Made by a program: the position numbers and the translations under genes. Below, in pieces: positions 49,180 to 60,002 of a DNA stretch of 64,000 nt (its first letter is position 1; the number at the start of each line of letters is the position of its first letter). The DNA lies in contig CBFHQL010000003.1 in NCBI GenBank assembly GCA_965658025.1, positions 39,149 through 103,148 on the forward strand. The letters run 5' to 3'. The notes under the pieces were generated by a model. It had not been told where the DNA came from, did no database searches, and was given only the letters and a program-made list of their open reading frames with translations. This DNA is from Flavobacteriaceae bacterium (GTDB taxonomy: Bacteria > Bacteroidota > Bacteroidia > Flavobacteriales > Flavobacteriaceae).

Positions 49180-49922
49180 CCCTTCAAGTTGGCTTTGACC
49201 AATTCTCGATTCATGCGCGCAATATTTTCCAATGAGATACCTTTTGGACATTCGACTTCGCAAGCACCGGTATTGGTACAATTTCCGAATCCTTCCAAAT
49301 CCATTTGAGCAACCATGTTTTGAACTCTATCAGCGGCTTCAACTTGTCCTTGAGGGAGTAAAGCATATTGTGAAACTTTTGCACCAACAAACAGCATCGC
49401 AGAAGAATTTTTACAAGTCGCTACACAAGCACCGCACCCAATACACGTTGCGGCATCCATGGCTTCGTCAGCGGCATGTTTTGAAATTGGAATAGCATTT
49501 CCGTCTTGGGTGTTCCCAGAAGTATTGACAGAGATAAAACCACCAGCATGCTGAATACGATCAAAAGCCGACCGATCAACCACCAAATCTTTCACGACAG
49601 GAAAAGCATTTGCTCTAAAAGGTTCAATAAAAATAGTGTCACCATCTTTGAATTTACGCATGTGCAATTGACATGTAGTTACTCTACGGTCTGGGCCATG
49701 TGCTTCTCCGTTGATGTATAATGAGCATGATCCACAAATGCCTTCACGACAATCGTGATCAAACGCTACAGGTTCTTCACCAGCAGGGATGAGTTGACTA
49801 TTCAAAACATCGAGCATTTCTAAAAATGACATGTCTGGCGAAATATCCTTAATAGGGTATTCAACAATTTTGCCTTCCGTATTGGCGTTTTTTTGACGCC
49901 ATATTTTTAATGTTAAATTCAT
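49176..49922 (-). CDS. sdhB: Succinate dehydrogenase/fumarate reductase iron-sulfur subunit
   Basis: Three Cys clusters are present: CREGICGSC (2Fe-2S), [11 protein letters not shown] (4Fe-4S) and [12 protein letters not shown] (3Fe-4S). Confidence 0.95.
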   Translation of the reverse strand: MNLTLKIWRQKNANTEGKIVEYPIKDISPDMSFLEMLDVLNSQLIPAGEEPVAFDHDCREGICGSCSLYINGEAHGPDRRVTTCQLHMRKFKDGDTIFIEPFRANAFPVVKDLVVDRSAFDRIQHAGGFISVNTSGNTQDGNAIPISKHAADEAMDAATCIGCGACVATCKNSSAMLFVGAKVSQYALLPQGQVEAADRVQNMVAQMDLEGFGNCTNTGACEVECPKGISLENIARMNRELVKANLKG

Positions 49923-49930
49923 AGCAATTT

Positions 49931-51928
49931 CTATTTGTATGAGCGTTCTTTAACTTCTATATTATCGTATTCTAATGTCTCTTTGTGGAGTTTTGCATCT
50001 TTTGGAGCGCCTTTATATTCCCAAGCTGAGACAAATTGAAATTCTTTTCTTCGCTGTGCTTCACCTTCTTTAGTTTGGTATTCCTCACGGAAATGTCCTC
50101 CTGCAGATTCTTCTCTAACTAAAGCATCTTTGGCAAACAGTTCACCGAGTTCCAAGAAATCGGCTACTCGTCCTGCTTTGGCCAATTCTTCATTGAATTC
50201 GTTGGCATCACCAGGAACAAGTACGTCCCTGTAAAATTCTTCACGCAATGCTGAAATTTCTTCAATGGCTTCTTTAAGTTCTTTTTCGTTTCTAGCCATT
50301 CCGCATTTGTTCCACATGATTTTCCCCAGACGTTTGTGGAAATAATCAACCGGTTTAGTGCCTTTATTATTGATGAAACGATCAATTTGTTGACGAACGT
50401 TTTCTTCTGCCTCTTCAAACTCTTTACTGTCTGTAGAAATTGGCCCTGTTCTAATATCATCAGACAGATAATCTCCAATGGTATAAGGAAGTACAAAATA
50501 CCCATCGGCAAGACCTTGCATCAGCGCAGAAGCACCGAGTCTATTGGCGCCGTGGTCTGAAAAATTAGCTTCTCCAATGGCGTATAGTCCTGGTATTGTT
50601 GTTTGCAAATTGTAATCTACCCATATGCCGCCCATGGTGTAATGCACCGCGGGGTAAATCATCATTGGCGTTTCGTAAGGATTTTCGTCTACAATTTTTT
50701 CATACATCTGAAATAAGTTGCCATACTTGCTTTTTACAACTTCCTTACCTAATTTATTGACTAAACTTTCATCATTTTCATCCAGTCCTTTGACATGAGC
50801 TTGTTCTTTACCATAGCGAATGATTGCTGAGGCAAAGTCAAGAAAAACAGCTTCGCCTGTAGCATTAACTCCAAATCCAGCATCACAGCGTTCTTTTGCG
50901 GCTCTGGACGCAACATCTCTTGGTACCAAATTTCCAAAAGCAGGATAACGACGTTCTAAGAAATAATCGCGATCTTCTTCTGCAATTGCTGTGGGTTTAA
51001 GTGTTTTATTTTGAATGGCTTTAGCATCTTCAAGTTTTTTAGGCACCCAAATTCGACCATCGTTACGCAGCGATTCTGACATGAGCGTAAGTTTGGATTG
51101 ATGATCTCCAGAAACAGGGATGCATGTGGGATGGATTTGTGTGTAGCAAGGATTTGCAAAATATGCTCCTCTTTTGTGTGCCTTCCATGCAGCGGTAACA
51201 TTACTGCCCATCGCATTAGTAGAAAGGTAAAAGACATTTCCATATCCACCACTTCCAAGAACAACGGCGTGTGCCGAATGGCGTTCGATTTCACCTGTTA
51301 CTAGGTTGCGTGTGATGATGCCCCGTGCTTTTCCATCGACAACAACCACATCTAACATTTCATGACGGTTGTACATTTTTATTTTTCCACGACCTATTTG
51401 ACGGTTCATTGCTGAGTAAGCGCCTAACAATAATTGTTGGCCTGTTTGTCCTTTAGCATAAAAAGTACGCGAGACCAAAACACCACCAAAAGAGCGGTTG
51501 TCCAATAATCCACCATAATCTCGAGCGAAGGGAACGCCTTGCGCGACACATTGATCAATGATGTTGGTTGAAACTTCTGCCAATCTGTAAACATTGGCTT
51601 CTCGAGAACGGTAGTCACCTCCTTTTACGGTGTCATAAAAGAGTCTATAAGTAGAATCGCCATCACCTTGGTAGTTTTTTGCAGCATTTATTCCTCCCTG
51701 AGCAGCAATGGAGTGTGCACGTCTTGGTGAATCTTGAAAGCAAAATGCCTTGACATTGTAGCCCAGTTCTGCAAGTGTAGCTGCTGCAGAACCACCTGCT
51801 AGTCCTGTTCCTACAACAATAACGTCTATAGATCGTTTGTTGGCTGGATTGACCAGGTCTATTTTATTTTTATGATTGGTCCACTTGTCTGCCAGGGGCC
51901 CTTGTGGAATTTTTGAATCTAAAGCCAT
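49931..51928 (-). CDS. sdhA: Succinate dehydrogenase/fumarate reductase flavoprotein subunit
   Basis: The FAD-binding N-terminus is [14 protein letters not shown], and the covalent-FAD His region is [19 protein letters not shown] and [10 protein letters not shown] are also present. Confidence 0.95.
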   Translation of the reverse strand: MALDSKIPQGPLADKWTNHKNKIDLVNPANKRSIDVIVVGTGLAGGSAAATLAELGYNVKAFCFQDSPRRAHSIAAQGGINAAKNYQGDGDSTYRLFYDTVKGGDYRSREANVYRLAEVSTNIIDQCVAQGVPFARDYGGLLDNRSFGGVLVSRTFYAKGQTGQQLLLGAYSAMNRQIGRGKIKMYNRHEMLDVVVVDGKARGIITRNLVTGEIERHSAHAVVLGSGGYGNVFYLSTNAMGSNVTAAWKAHKRGAYFANPCYTQIHPTCIPVSGDHQSKLTLMSESLRNDGRIWVPKKLEDAKAIQNKTLKPTAIAEEDRDYFLERRYPAFGNLVPRDVASRAAKERCDAGFGVNATGEAVFLDFASAIIRYGKEQAHVKGLDENDESLVNKLGKEVVKSKYGNLFQMYEKIVDENPYETPMMIYPAVHYTMGGIWVDYNLQTTIPGLYAIGEANFSDHGANRLGASALMQGLADGYFVLPYTIGDYLSDDIRTGPISTDSKEFEEAEENVRQQIDRFINNKGTKPVDYFHKRLGKIMWNKCGMARNEKELKEAIEEISALREEFYRDVLVPGDANEFNEELAKAGRVADFLELGELFAKDALVREESAGGHFREEYQTKEGEAQRRKEFQFVSAWEYKGAPKDAKLHKETLEYDNIEVKERSYK

Positions 51929-51940
51929 AGGTATATAGTT

Positions 51941-52624
51941 TTAATGCGCGTTATTAAAAAAATGGAACAAAGCGATTACGATAAAGCCAAGAGGAATGAG
52001 CACAGCATATGCTTTTCCAAATCCTTTCAGAGCTTGAGTATATTTGTTGTTTGCGCCAACCGATTGAAATGCAGAACTGAATCCATGCAAAAGGTGAAGC
52101 GATAAAAATATAAAACCAATACAGTACAGCAATACGCGCCACAACGGCACAAATTTGTGCTGCAGTTCTTCAAAATAACGGAAATCGCTACCATCGGCTA
52201 GAAGACCTGAAGAATCGCCAACAATATATTTAGTATTGATTTCTGGAATCCAAAAATCAATAAAATGAATAACAAGAAATACAAGAATAAATCCGCCACT
52301 ATAAATCATGTTTCGGCTCATCCAAGTCGAATTGGCATTTCCATTATTTACGGCATAACTGATACTGCGGGAAGCGTAATTTTTGAATTCCAAAACAAAG
52401 CCCATTACAAAATGAAAGACAACCCCAAAAATAAGTATAGGTTGAAGTACAAATTGCACAAGAGGGTTGGTGCCCATAAAGTGTGAGGCCTCATTGAACA
52501 AATCAGGATTAAATACAGATAAAATATTAATGGCGAAGTGTTGCAAAACAAACACCATGAGGAAAAATGCTGAAAGTGCCATGGCAATTTTTCTCCCTAT
52601 AGAAGACTTTAAAAATCCACTCAT
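51941..52624 (-). CDS. sdhC: Succinate dehydrogenase cytochrome b subunit (b558 family, single membrane anchor)
   Basis: This five-TM protein of 227 aa has conserved His in its TM helices (VLQHF, VFHFV, IHFIDF, LHLLHG). It lies immediately upstream of sdhA and sdhB. Confidence 0.88.
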   Translation of the reverse strand: MSGFLKSSIGRKIAMALSAFFLMVFVLQHFAINILSVFNPDLFNEASHFMGTNPLVQFVLQPILIFGVVFHFVMGFVLEFKNYASRSISYAVNNGNANSTWMSRNMIYSGGFILVFLVIHFIDFWIPEINTKYIVGDSSGLLADGSDFRYFEELQHKFVPLWRVLLYCIGFIFLSLHLLHGFSSAFQSVGANNKYTQALKGFGKAYAVLIPLGFIVIALFHFFNNAH

Positions 52625-52647
52625 TTGATTAAATTTTTATAACTAAG

Positions 52648-52678
52648 CAAAGGTACTACACAACGCGGTTTTAGACAA
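52648..52678 (-). promoter_or_regulatory. Bacteroidetes-type promoter for sdhCAB
   Basis: On the minus strand, TTG (52678-76) is followed by a 20-nt spacer and TACCTTTG (52655-48). This lies 23 nt upstream of the sdhC ATG. Confidence 0.45.
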
Positions 52679-52805
52679 TAACATTTATCATATTTTTTTA
52701 ATTCAGAATTGGTTTAAATAGAGTGGGGCATACATTTTTTCCCTGTATGTTTTTAATCTTCGTAATTTTAGTAGAAAATAGTTACATTTGAAAAAATACA
52801 TTTCT

Positions 52806-54098
52806 ATGAAGTACCTACAAATTGATTCGCAATTATTCATCAAAAACAGAAAAAAATTTGCTGCACAAATGGCTCCAAATTCTATAGCAGTTTTTAATTC
52901 CAACGATATTTTTTCGACCGGTGCAGACAGTACCCTTCCTTTCCACCAACACCGCAATATTTTTTATCTCAGTGGGGTGGATCAAGAAGAGAGTATTCTT
53001 GTCCTTTGTCCGGATGCCAAAAACGATGCCCACAAAGAGATTTTATTTCTTAAAGAAACAAACGACCATATTGCTATTTGGGAAGGTGCAAAACTCACCA
53101 AAAAGCAAGCCACTGAAACCTCAGGAGTGCAAACAATATATTGGTTGGATGAGTTTGAAGCAATTTTTGAAGAATTGATGAAAGACTCTAAAACATTGTA
53201 CTTCAACAACAACGATCATTATCGTCAAGCTGTTGAAATGGAAACACGTGAAGATCGCTTTATTAAATCCGTCAAAGCTAAATTTACAAAACACAAAATC
53301 ATACCCAATTTCCCCATCATGGAATCCTTGCGTGGTGTGAAAGAACCCGAAGAAATTGCTCTAATTCAAAATGCGTGTAACATTACCGAAAAAGGATTTA
53401 GACGGGTGCTTAATTTTGTAAAACCAGGGGTGATGGAATATGAAATTGAAGCCGAATATGCGCATGAATTTCTTAAAAATCGTTCCAAAGGATTTGCGTA
53501 TACCCCAATCATTGGCTCTGGATTCAATGCTTGTGTATTGCATTATATTGAAAACAACCAAGAATGTAAAGCAGGGGACATGCTACTTATGGATGTTGGT
53601 GCCGAGTATGCCAATTATGCTAGTGATATGACAAGAACAATCCCTGTGAGTGGCCGTTTTTCAGCACGGCAAAAAGCGGTGTATCAAGCCGTATTGAATG
53701 TTAAAAACGAAGCAACAAAAATGTTGGTTCCGGGAACCATTTGGGAAGATTATCATGTGGAAGTTGGTAAACTGATGACTTCTGAACTTTTGGGTCTGGG
53801 ACTAATCGATAAGGCCGATGTTCAAAATGAAGATCCAAAGTGGCCTGCTTATAAAAAATACTTTATGCACGGCACTTCACATCATATGGGATTGGACACC
53901 CACGATTTTGGTGCGCTTAAAACACCAATGTTGCCCAATATGGTCTTTACCGTTGAGCCAGGGATTTATATCCAAGAGGAACAAATGGGGATTCGTTTGG
54001 AAGATGATGTGGTCATCCAACCCAACGGCGCACCACTAAATTTGATGAAAAATATTCCGATTGAAATCGAAGAAATTGAAGCACTAATGAATGCTTAA
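52806..54098 (+). CDS. pepP: Xaa-Pro aminopeptidase (M24B)
   Basis: The AMP_N domain contains FHQHRNIFYLSG. The M24 metal ligands are in DVGAEYANYASDMTRT, HGTSHHMGLDTHD, and VFTVEPGIY...IRLEDD. The track start at 52788 is a TTG inside a TAcaTTTG-like box, so I prefer the ATG at 52806. Confidence 0.9.
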   Translation: MKYLQIDSQLFIKNRKKFAAQMAPNSIAVFNSNDIFSTGADSTLPFHQHRNIFYLSGVDQEESILVLCPDAKNDAHKEILFLKETNDHIAIWEGAKLTKKQATETSGVQTIYWLDEFEAIFEELMKDSKTLYFNNNDHYRQAVEMETREDRFIKSVKAKFTKHKIIPNFPIMESLRGVKEPEEIALIQNACNITEKGFRRVLNFVKPGVMEYEIEAEYAHEFLKNRSKGFAYTPIIGSGFNACVLHYIENNQECKAGDMLLMDVGAEYANYASDMTRTIPVSGRFSARQKAVYQAVLNVKNEATKMLVPGTIWEDYHVEVGKLMTSELLGLGLIDKADVQNEDPKWPAYKKYFMHGTSHHMGLDTHDFGALKTPMLPNMVFTVEPGIYIQEEQMGIRLEDDVVIQPNGAPLNLMKNIPIEIEEIEALMNA

Positions 54099-54113
54099 TC
54101 TTTAAACGCTTTT

Positions 54114-54524
54114 TTATTTCGAAAAAGCTTGATCAGATAGTTGTATGTCTTCGACGGAGTAACTTTTACTCACCGAAGAAACTGTTGAAACAAGCGCATC
54201 TTTATCAATTTTTTCAGCATCAAATTCTACGGTTGCCAATTCGTTTTCAAAATCGACTTTTGCGTTGTACATGCCGTCCATTTTGGCTAATTTTTTCTCA
54301 ATGGTTTTGGCACAACCCATGGCACAAGTCATCCCTTTGATGGTGAATTGAGCAGTGGCATAATGTTCATTGTTTTGGAAATTTTCAGCTTGTTTTTCGT
54401 AAGCTTCAGTGTTTTCGGTTGTACCGTTCTCAACGGTTTTGATTTCTGCTTCCGTTTTGTTTTTACAGTTTAGGGCAAGTAAAACGACAGTTGTAAGGAG
54501 TACAATAGAGTTTAGCTTTTTCAT
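54114..54524 (-). CDS. Heavy-metal-associated (HMA) domain lipoprotein
   Basis: The lipobox is LLALNCKNK. The C-terminal ferredoxin-like HMA domain contains FTIKGMTCAMGCAKTIEKKL. The Cys spacing is CxxxC rather than the canonical CxxC. Confidence 0.75.
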   Translation of the reverse strand: MKKLNSIVLLTTVVLLALNCKNKTEAEIKTVENGTTENTEAYEKQAENFQNNEHYATAQFTIKGMTCAMGCAKTIEKKLAKMDGMYNAKVDFENELATVEFDAEKIDKDALVSTVSSVSKSYSVEDIQLSDQAFSK

Positions 54525-54613
54525 GATTATAAATTTTAGGAGAACACAAATTTATCATTTTTCCTCAAGTTTTGGAATAATTTAGTCAACTTTGTGTTTT
54601 CTAATCAGAATTT

Positions 54614-55489
54614 ATGCCAAATCAAAATACCAGAAAATGGAGTTTTCTTATTCTCTTATCGCTTATTTGGGGGAGTTCATTTATCCTTATTAAAAAAGGA
54701 TTGCTTGGACTTACGCCATTGCAGTTGGGGAGTTTTCGGATTGTAATCTCGGCCTTGTTTATTTTTGTTGTGGGCTACAATTCATTAAAAAACCTTAGCA
54801 AAACCCAATGGAAATGGATTGCTATTTCTGGGTTTTTGGGTTCATTTTTTCCTTCTTTTCTCTTTGCCTATGCCGAAACAGAAGTGGACAGTAGTATTGC
54901 TTCTATTCTAAACTCTTTAGTGCCGTTGAATACCATCATTATTGGTTTTATTTTGTTTAAAATCAAATCAAGTCGCCTACAGATTTTGGGGGTCTTGCTT
55001 GGTTTTGTTGGTGCGGTATTGCTCATTTTTGAAGGGTCTGAACTTAACCCAAACCAAAACTACTGGTTTGCCGGGCTGATTGTATTGGCGACCTTGATGT
55101 ATGCGGCTAATGTCAATATCATTAAAAAGCATTTGCAAGAGGTTCGTCCGATTGCCATTGCCACAGCAAATTTTGTGGTCATTTTTGTCCCTTCTATTTT
55201 GGTTTTGGTGTATTCTGGGGGATTTTCATCGGCAACACTTCAGAACGACAATTTTTTAATTTCTATGGGCTGTGTCGTTCTTTTGTCTTTGTTTGGAACG
55301 GCGATGGCCAAAGTGTTGTTCAATAACTTGATTCAGATTTCGACGCCTGTTTTTGCCTCTTCGGTCACGTATTTGATGCCTGTTGTTGCTCTTTTTTGGG
55401 GGCTATTGGATGGCGAAGTTTTTGACCTGTTTCAGGGCTTTGCCGCCCTATTGATTTTATGTGGGATTTATTTGGCGAATAAGAAATAA
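54614..55489 (+). CDS. EamA/DMT-family transporter
   Basis: There are about ten TM helices in two EamA-like halves, and the N-terminus is LILLSLIWGSSFILIK. Confidence 0.82.
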   Translation: MPNQNTRKWSFLILLSLIWGSSFILIKKGLLGLTPLQLGSFRIVISALFIFVVGYNSLKNLSKTQWKWIAISGFLGSFFPSFLFAYAETEVDSSIASILNSLVPLNTIIIGFILFKIKSSRLQILGVLLGFVGAVLLIFEGSELNPNQNYWFAGLIVLATLMYAANVNIIKKHLQEVRPIAIATANFVVIFVPSILVLVYSGGFSSATLQNDNFLISMGCVVLLSLFGTAMAKVLFNNLIQISTPVFASSVTYLMPVVALFWGLLDGEVFDLFQGFAALLILCGIYLANKK

Positions 55490-55490
55490 A

Positions 55491-55518
55491 AAAAAGACCG
55501 CACATGGCGGTCTTTTTT
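55491..55518. terminator. Bidirectional intrinsic terminator between the EamA gene and the M16 peptidase genes
   Basis: An A-run is followed by agaccgc (55495-501), loop acatg, gcggtct (55507-13), and a T-run. Confidence 0.8.
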
Positions 55519-55536
55519 ATTTTATTTAAAGAAGGA

Positions 55537-57615
55537 TTATTTAAAATCTTCCTCGGTCACTCCAGAATTGACTTGGACTTCATTGGCATTAATACTAATG
55601 ACTTGTGGGCCTGTAGAGATTTTTCTTCCAAAAGGAATCAAAACACCACTGACTGCTCTATAATCCGAAAGATCTTCAATAGAAGTTATCGTTTGTCCTT
55701 GAGCTTCTTCAGTTTTTTCTTCTCTAATAAGCAATCCAGAATCTGCATCATAGTATCGGAAGGATTCCTTATTACCGTTCACTTTAATCTTGTAAACATC
55801 AGTACCGTCCAAATCACTTAAACTTACCAATTCTATATCTTCTGCAGTGTAGTGCGCTTCTGGGAACAGTCCTTTTTGGTCGGCCTGTTCGGCAATTTGC
55901 TCTTCAGTCATGGGTTGTTTCATGCCTTGTTGTTCGGCATACCCTGTGGTGCCGTCAAATTTTTGTTTCATGATGGTGCCCATACCAGCAATACTCATTT
56001 CCATAGAAGATTTGTTAGGCGCCATAGTTTTGATGACCGCTGTGGGCTTAAATGGTGCACCTTCAATAGTCACATCGGCATTAAAAAGTAATGTACTAAC
56101 AGCTTCAGTGGCTTCTTTTCCACCAATGGCATCGATATAGCTATTCATTACTGAAAGCGCAGTAACACCTTCTGGGATGGGCTTTGAAAATTCGGGTTTG
56201 TCTACCGGATTGGCATATTTATCAAAGTACTTGATAGGAATGTTTAATTTTTCAAGATTGGCAACCACTTCGCTTCCTTTTCCAACTACAATAAAACGTG
56301 CATTGTCTGCCGTAAAATAGGTGTTGGCTACACGTTGTACGTCTTCAATAGAAACAGCGTTGATTTTTTCTAAGTAAGTAGCATAAAAATCTTCTGGCAA
56401 TTCATTAATCTTTGTGTTTACAGCGTAGCGTGCTATGGTGCTTGGACGCTCCAAAGCCAACACGAAATCACCAACATATTTGGCCTTAGCATTGGCTAGG
56501 GCAGAAGCTTCTACGGGTTCTGTTTGAAAACGCTTGATTTCTTTGATGGTTTCAACTATTGCACTATCGGTTACGGCATTTCGAACGGCAGCACCAGCAG
56601 AAAATCTAGAAATGTATTTGTCTGTCCCCACAGAAGATCGCGCTCCATAGGTCCATCCGTTTGCTTCACGCAGGTTCATGTTTAGGTAGCTATTAAAACC
56701 CCCACCAAAAATTTTGTTGGCAATAAGGACCGCATGATAATCAGGATCGCTCATTTTGAGTTTTACATTGCTTGTAATAGAAATGTTGGATTGTACCGCA
56801 TTGGGCATGTCTACAAAGTTAATTTCCAAAGCGCTTACATTTGGGTTGGCTTCAGGAACAGTAGAATTTATTTCTGCTGCTTTTTTCCATTTACCAAAAT
56901 ACTTTTTGATGCTTTTATATACGTCTTTGGTATTTACGTCTCCAATGACGACAAGGTAAGCATCATTTGGCCCGAAATACTTTTCGTTATACGCCTTGAT
57001 GTCCTCAAAGTTTACATTGTTTACCGTTTCTTCGGTAACAAATTCTCCGTAAGGATGCTCGACTCCGTAAGAAAGTGCTCCTCCAACGCGCCCAGCAACA
57101 GCATCAACACTTTTTGCTTGAGACTTTAAACCTTCCAGTAATTTTTCTTTTTCTTTCTCGAATTCTTCTTCTGTAAGAAGGGGATTCATAGCTGCATCGG
57201 CCAAAAGCTGTAATATGCGGTCGCTGTATTTGGTAAGTGAACTCGCAAATCCACCCCCAAAACCAAAACTTAGACGTGCGCCCAAGAAATCAACTTCTTC
57301 GTTGAAGTCGTCTTTAGAAATATTGGTAGTTCCATTGCCGAGCATAGATCCTAACAACGAAGTTACTCCAGCTTTATCGCCTTCAATGATTGGTTTTCTG
57401 TCGATGGTCAAATTGTAGGAAACACGTGGAAGTTTGTGGTTTTCTACAATTAAAACTTTAAGTCCGTTTTTAAGTTCGTACTCTGTTGGCTTTTCCAGCG
57501 CTATTTTCGGTGCTGGACCTGGTTTTGGTTGCTGGCTACGGTCTATTTGTGCTGTGATGCTCACAGTGACAAATAAAAATGCCAGAAGGGTGTATAATTT
57601 AGTTTTCATATCCAT
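55537..57615 (-). CDS. M16-family peptidase, non-catalytic/second subunit type (no HxxEH)
   Basis: There is a signal peptide and M16 N- and C-domain homology (KLPRVSYNL..., GGGFNSYLNMNLRE). The inverted zinc motif is absent. A C-terminal extension of about 230 aa follows. Confidence 0.8.
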   Translation of the reverse strand: MDMKTKLYTLLAFLFVTVSITAQIDRSQQPKPGPAPKIALEKPTEYELKNGLKVLIVENHKLPRVSYNLTIDRKPIIEGDKAGVTSLLGSMLGNGTTNISKDDFNEEVDFLGARLSFGFGGGFASSLTKYSDRILQLLADAAMNPLLTEEEFEKEKEKLLEGLKSQAKSVDAVAGRVGGALSYGVEHPYGEFVTEETVNNVNFEDIKAYNEKYFGPNDAYLVVIGDVNTKDVYKSIKKYFGKWKKAAEINSTVPEANPNVSALEINFVDMPNAVQSNISITSNVKLKMSDPDYHAVLIANKIFGGGFNSYLNMNLREANGWTYGARSSVGTDKYISRFSAGAAVRNAVTDSAIVETIKEIKRFQTEPVEASALANAKAKYVGDFVLALERPSTIARYAVNTKINELPEDFYATYLEKINAVSIEDVQRVANTYFTADNARFIVVGKGSEVVANLEKLNIPIKYFDKYANPVDKPEFSKPIPEGVTALSVMNSYIDAIGGKEATEAVSTLLFNADVTIEGAPFKPTAVIKTMAPNKSSMEMSIAGMGTIMKQKFDGTTGYAEQQGMKQPMTEEQIAEQADQKGLFPEAHYTAEDIELVSLSDLDGTDVYKIKVNGNKESFRYYDADSGLLIREEKTEEAQGQTITSIEDLSDYRAVSGVLIPFGRKISTGPQVISINANEVQVNSGVTEEDFK

Positions 57616-57628
57616 GTCTTTTTTAAAT

Positions 57629-58948
57629 TTATTCTTGTGCAGATTCTGGTAAATACTCCAATAATAAGCGCTGGTTTGCGTTCAAATATTTATTGGCTAC
57701 TGCTTTTATTTCCTCGCGCGTAATGGATCTGTAAATATCAATCTGATCGTTGATGAGGTTTGTGTCTCCATAAAGCATATGATAGCGTGCCAAAGAGTTT
57801 GCAATACCTTCGACACTTGAGTTTGAACTTACAAAGTCGTTTTCAAATTTATTTTGAATTTTTTGGTAATCGCGTTCAGAAATAAGTTCAGACTTTAATT
57901 TTTCAATTTCTTCATCCATCTCATCTACTAAAGTATCTAGAGAAGTTTCCCCCAACGGCAATCCGAAAAGGATATACACTCCGTAGTCTTCTTGACTCAG
58001 ATTGATAGCACCTGCTTGAAGCGCCATTTTTTTGTCATCAACAAGTTTTTTGTAAAGTTTAGAAGTTTTTCCATCACTCAAATAGGTGGAAATCATATCT
58101 AAAACATAAGAATCTCTATCCTTAAAAGAAGATGTTCTATAGGCCGCCATGATGGCAGGTATTTGGATATTTGCGTCATACGCTTTTGCACGGATGGGTT
58201 CTGTAATTGGATCTTCTTTAGGGAAGTCACGAACGATATCTTCTCCACGTGGAATAGGACCAAAATAATCTTCAATCATTTTTTTGACCGATGGCACATC
58301 GATGTCTCCAGCAATGACTAAAGTTGCATTGTTGGGAACATAATATTTTTTGTTAAACGCTTGAAATTCTTCCAAAGTAGCGGCGTCCAAATGCTCCATT
58401 TTACCAATTGTGGTCCCTTTATATGGATGTTTTTTGAACATGTGTAACTTTACATTTTCCAAGAATTTACCATAAGGACTATTGTCCACTCTAAGGCGTT
58501 TTTCTTCTTTAACGACTTCGTTTTGCGTATCTACACCTTCTTGATTAATAACGGGGTGCAATAAACGTTCAGACTCCATCCAGATGCCTAATTCGACATT
58601 GTTTGAAGGAAAAACCTCATAATAATACGTACGGTCATCAGTGGTATTTGCATTATTACTACCTCCGTTTGATGTAACAATCGTAAACCATTCACCCTTT
58701 GGGATATTTACAGTACCCTCAAAAAGAAGATGTTCAAAAAAGTGCGCAAATCCAGTGCGTTCTGGGTTTTCGTCTTTTGCGCCAACATGGTACATGACTG
58801 AGGTCGTCACTACTGGAGCGGTATTATCTTGATGAAGAATAACGTGCATACCGTTATCTAAATCATATTCCTCAAATTTTACTTCTTGAGCCGATACAGC
58901 AACCACTGAACCCAGCAAACAAGATAAAATGCATAAATAAGTTTTCAT
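57629..58948 (-). CDS. M16-family zinc peptidase (insulinase-like), catalytic subunit
   Basis: There is a signal peptide. The inverted zinc-binding motif HxxEH is present as GFAHFFEHLLFEG, with a downstream Glu in EVVKEE. Confidence 0.88.
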   Translation of the reverse strand: MKTYLCILSCLLGSVVAVSAQEVKFEEYDLDNGMHVILHQDNTAPVVTTSVMYHVGAKDENPERTGFAHFFEHLLFEGTVNIPKGEWFTIVTSNGGSNNANTTDDRTYYYEVFPSNNVELGIWMESERLLHPVINQEGVDTQNEVVKEEKRLRVDNSPYGKFLENVKLHMFKKHPYKGTTIGKMEHLDAATLEEFQAFNKKYYVPNNATLVIAGDIDVPSVKKMIEDYFGPIPRGEDIVRDFPKEDPITEPIRAKAYDANIQIPAIMAAYRTSSFKDRDSYVLDMISTYLSDGKTSKLYKKLVDDKKMALQAGAINLSQEDYGVYILFGLPLGETSLDTLVDEMDEEIEKLKSELISERDYQKIQNKFENDFVSSNSSVEGIANSLARYHMLYGDTNLINDQIDIYRSITREEIKAVANKYLNANQRLLLEYLPESAQE

Positions 58949-59079
58949 TTGATTAACTTTTAAATTATTTAATTGTCTGACGCTTGTAGTAATGATTTGT
59001 TACAGCGCGGTCTCAAATATATATAATTTAATGAGTTTTTTAAGCATGAAATGGTATTAAAAACTATACAGGGAAATAA

Positions 59080-59110
59080 TTTGTAAATTGATTTATTACA
59101 GCTATATTTG
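59080..59110 (+). promoter_or_regulatory. Bacteroidetes-type promoter for rplU-rpmA
   Basis: TTTG (59080-83), a 19-nt spacer, then TATATTTG (59103-10). This lies 50 nt upstream of the rplU ATG. Confidence 0.5.
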
Positions 59111-59160
59111 CACCCGCCTTTAAAGAGGTTATAAAAATTAATTCATTTAAACGTAACGCT

Positions 59161-59691
59161 ATGTACGCAATTGTAGAGATAGCAGGGCAACAATTTAAAG
59201 TTGAAAAAGACCAAAAAGTCTTTGTTCACCGTTTACAAGCCGAAGAAGGAAAAAAAGTCGCTTTCGACAATGTTCTTCTTTTAGCTGACGGCGACAAAGT
59301 CACAGTAGGCGCCCCCGCTATAGACGGAGCTCAAGTAGGAGCAAAAGTCTTAAAGCACCTAAAAGGTGATAAAGTAATCGTATTCAAAAAGAAACGACGT
59401 AAAGGATACAGAGTAAAGAATGGCCACCGCCAAGCTTTAACTGAAATCCAAATTGATAATATTGTTGCTTCAGGAGCAAAAAAAGCTGCCCCTGCCAAAA
59501 AAGCACAAAAACCAACTGCTAAAGTTGAAACTCCAGCACCAAAGGCCGCCAAAGCTGCTCCAAAAGCAGAAGCGCCAGCACAGGATTTGAGTAAAATGAC
59601 AGTTGCACAACTTAAAGAATTAGCAAAAGCTAAAGGCATTACTGGAATATCTGCGATGAAAAAAGCAGACTTAATTTCAGCCCTTAGCTAA
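59161..59691 (+). CDS. rplU: 50S ribosomal protein L21 with Ala/Lys/Pro-rich C-terminal extension
   Basis: The L21 core runs [14 protein letters not shown]...[16 protein letters not shown]. About 75 extra residues follow, ending in a Rho_N/SAP-like helix-hairpin ([30 protein letters not shown]). Confidence 0.93.
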   Translation: MYAIVEIAGQQFKVEKDQKVFVHRLQAEEGKKVAFDNVLLLADGDKVTVGAPAIDGAQVGAKVLKHLKGDKVIVFKKKRRKGYRVKNGHRQALTEIQIDNIVASGAKKAAPAKKAQKPTAKVETPAPKAAKAAPKAEAPAQDLSKMTVAQLKELAKAKGITGISAMKKADLISALS

Positions 59692-59717
59692 ATCATAACA
59701 TATAAAATCGAAATAAA

Positions 59718-59978
59718 ATGGCACATAAAAAAGGAGTCGGAAGTTCGAAAAACGGTAGAGAATCAGAATCGAAACGACTTGGCGTGAAAATTTTTGGCGG
59801 ACAAGCTGCCGTTGCAGGAAACATCATTGTAAGACAACGAGGTACTGCACACAACCCAGGCGAGAATGTTTACGCTGGAAAAGACCACACTTTACATGCT
59901 AAAGTTGATGGTGTTGTAAAATTTGAGAAAAAGAAGAACAACAAATCCTATGTTTCTGTTGTTCCTTTTGAAGCATAG
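59718..59978 (+). CDS. rpmA: 50S ribosomal protein L27
   Basis: [24 protein letters not shown] and IIVRQRGT are present. Confidence 0.97.
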   Translation: MAHKKGVGSSKNGRESESKRLGVKIFGGQAAVAGNIIVRQRGTAHNPGENVYAGKDHTLHAKVDGVVKFEKKKNNKSYVSVVPFEA

Positions 59979-60002
59979 CATAGTCTTTTAATAAAATAGA
60001 CT

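Noticed and set aside
52703-52957. An 84-aa minus-strand ORF spanning the sdhC/pepP intergenic region and the pepP 5' end.
   Set aside because: It overlaps the pepP N-terminal coding region, which carries AMP_N motifs, and the promoter region. Its composition is A/T-driven and it has no motif.
55504-55821. A 105-aa plus-strand ORF starting inside the 55491-55518 terminator.
   Set aside because: Its start lies inside the terminator hairpin, and the body is antisense to the 3' end of the M16 peptidase gene. No motifs are present.
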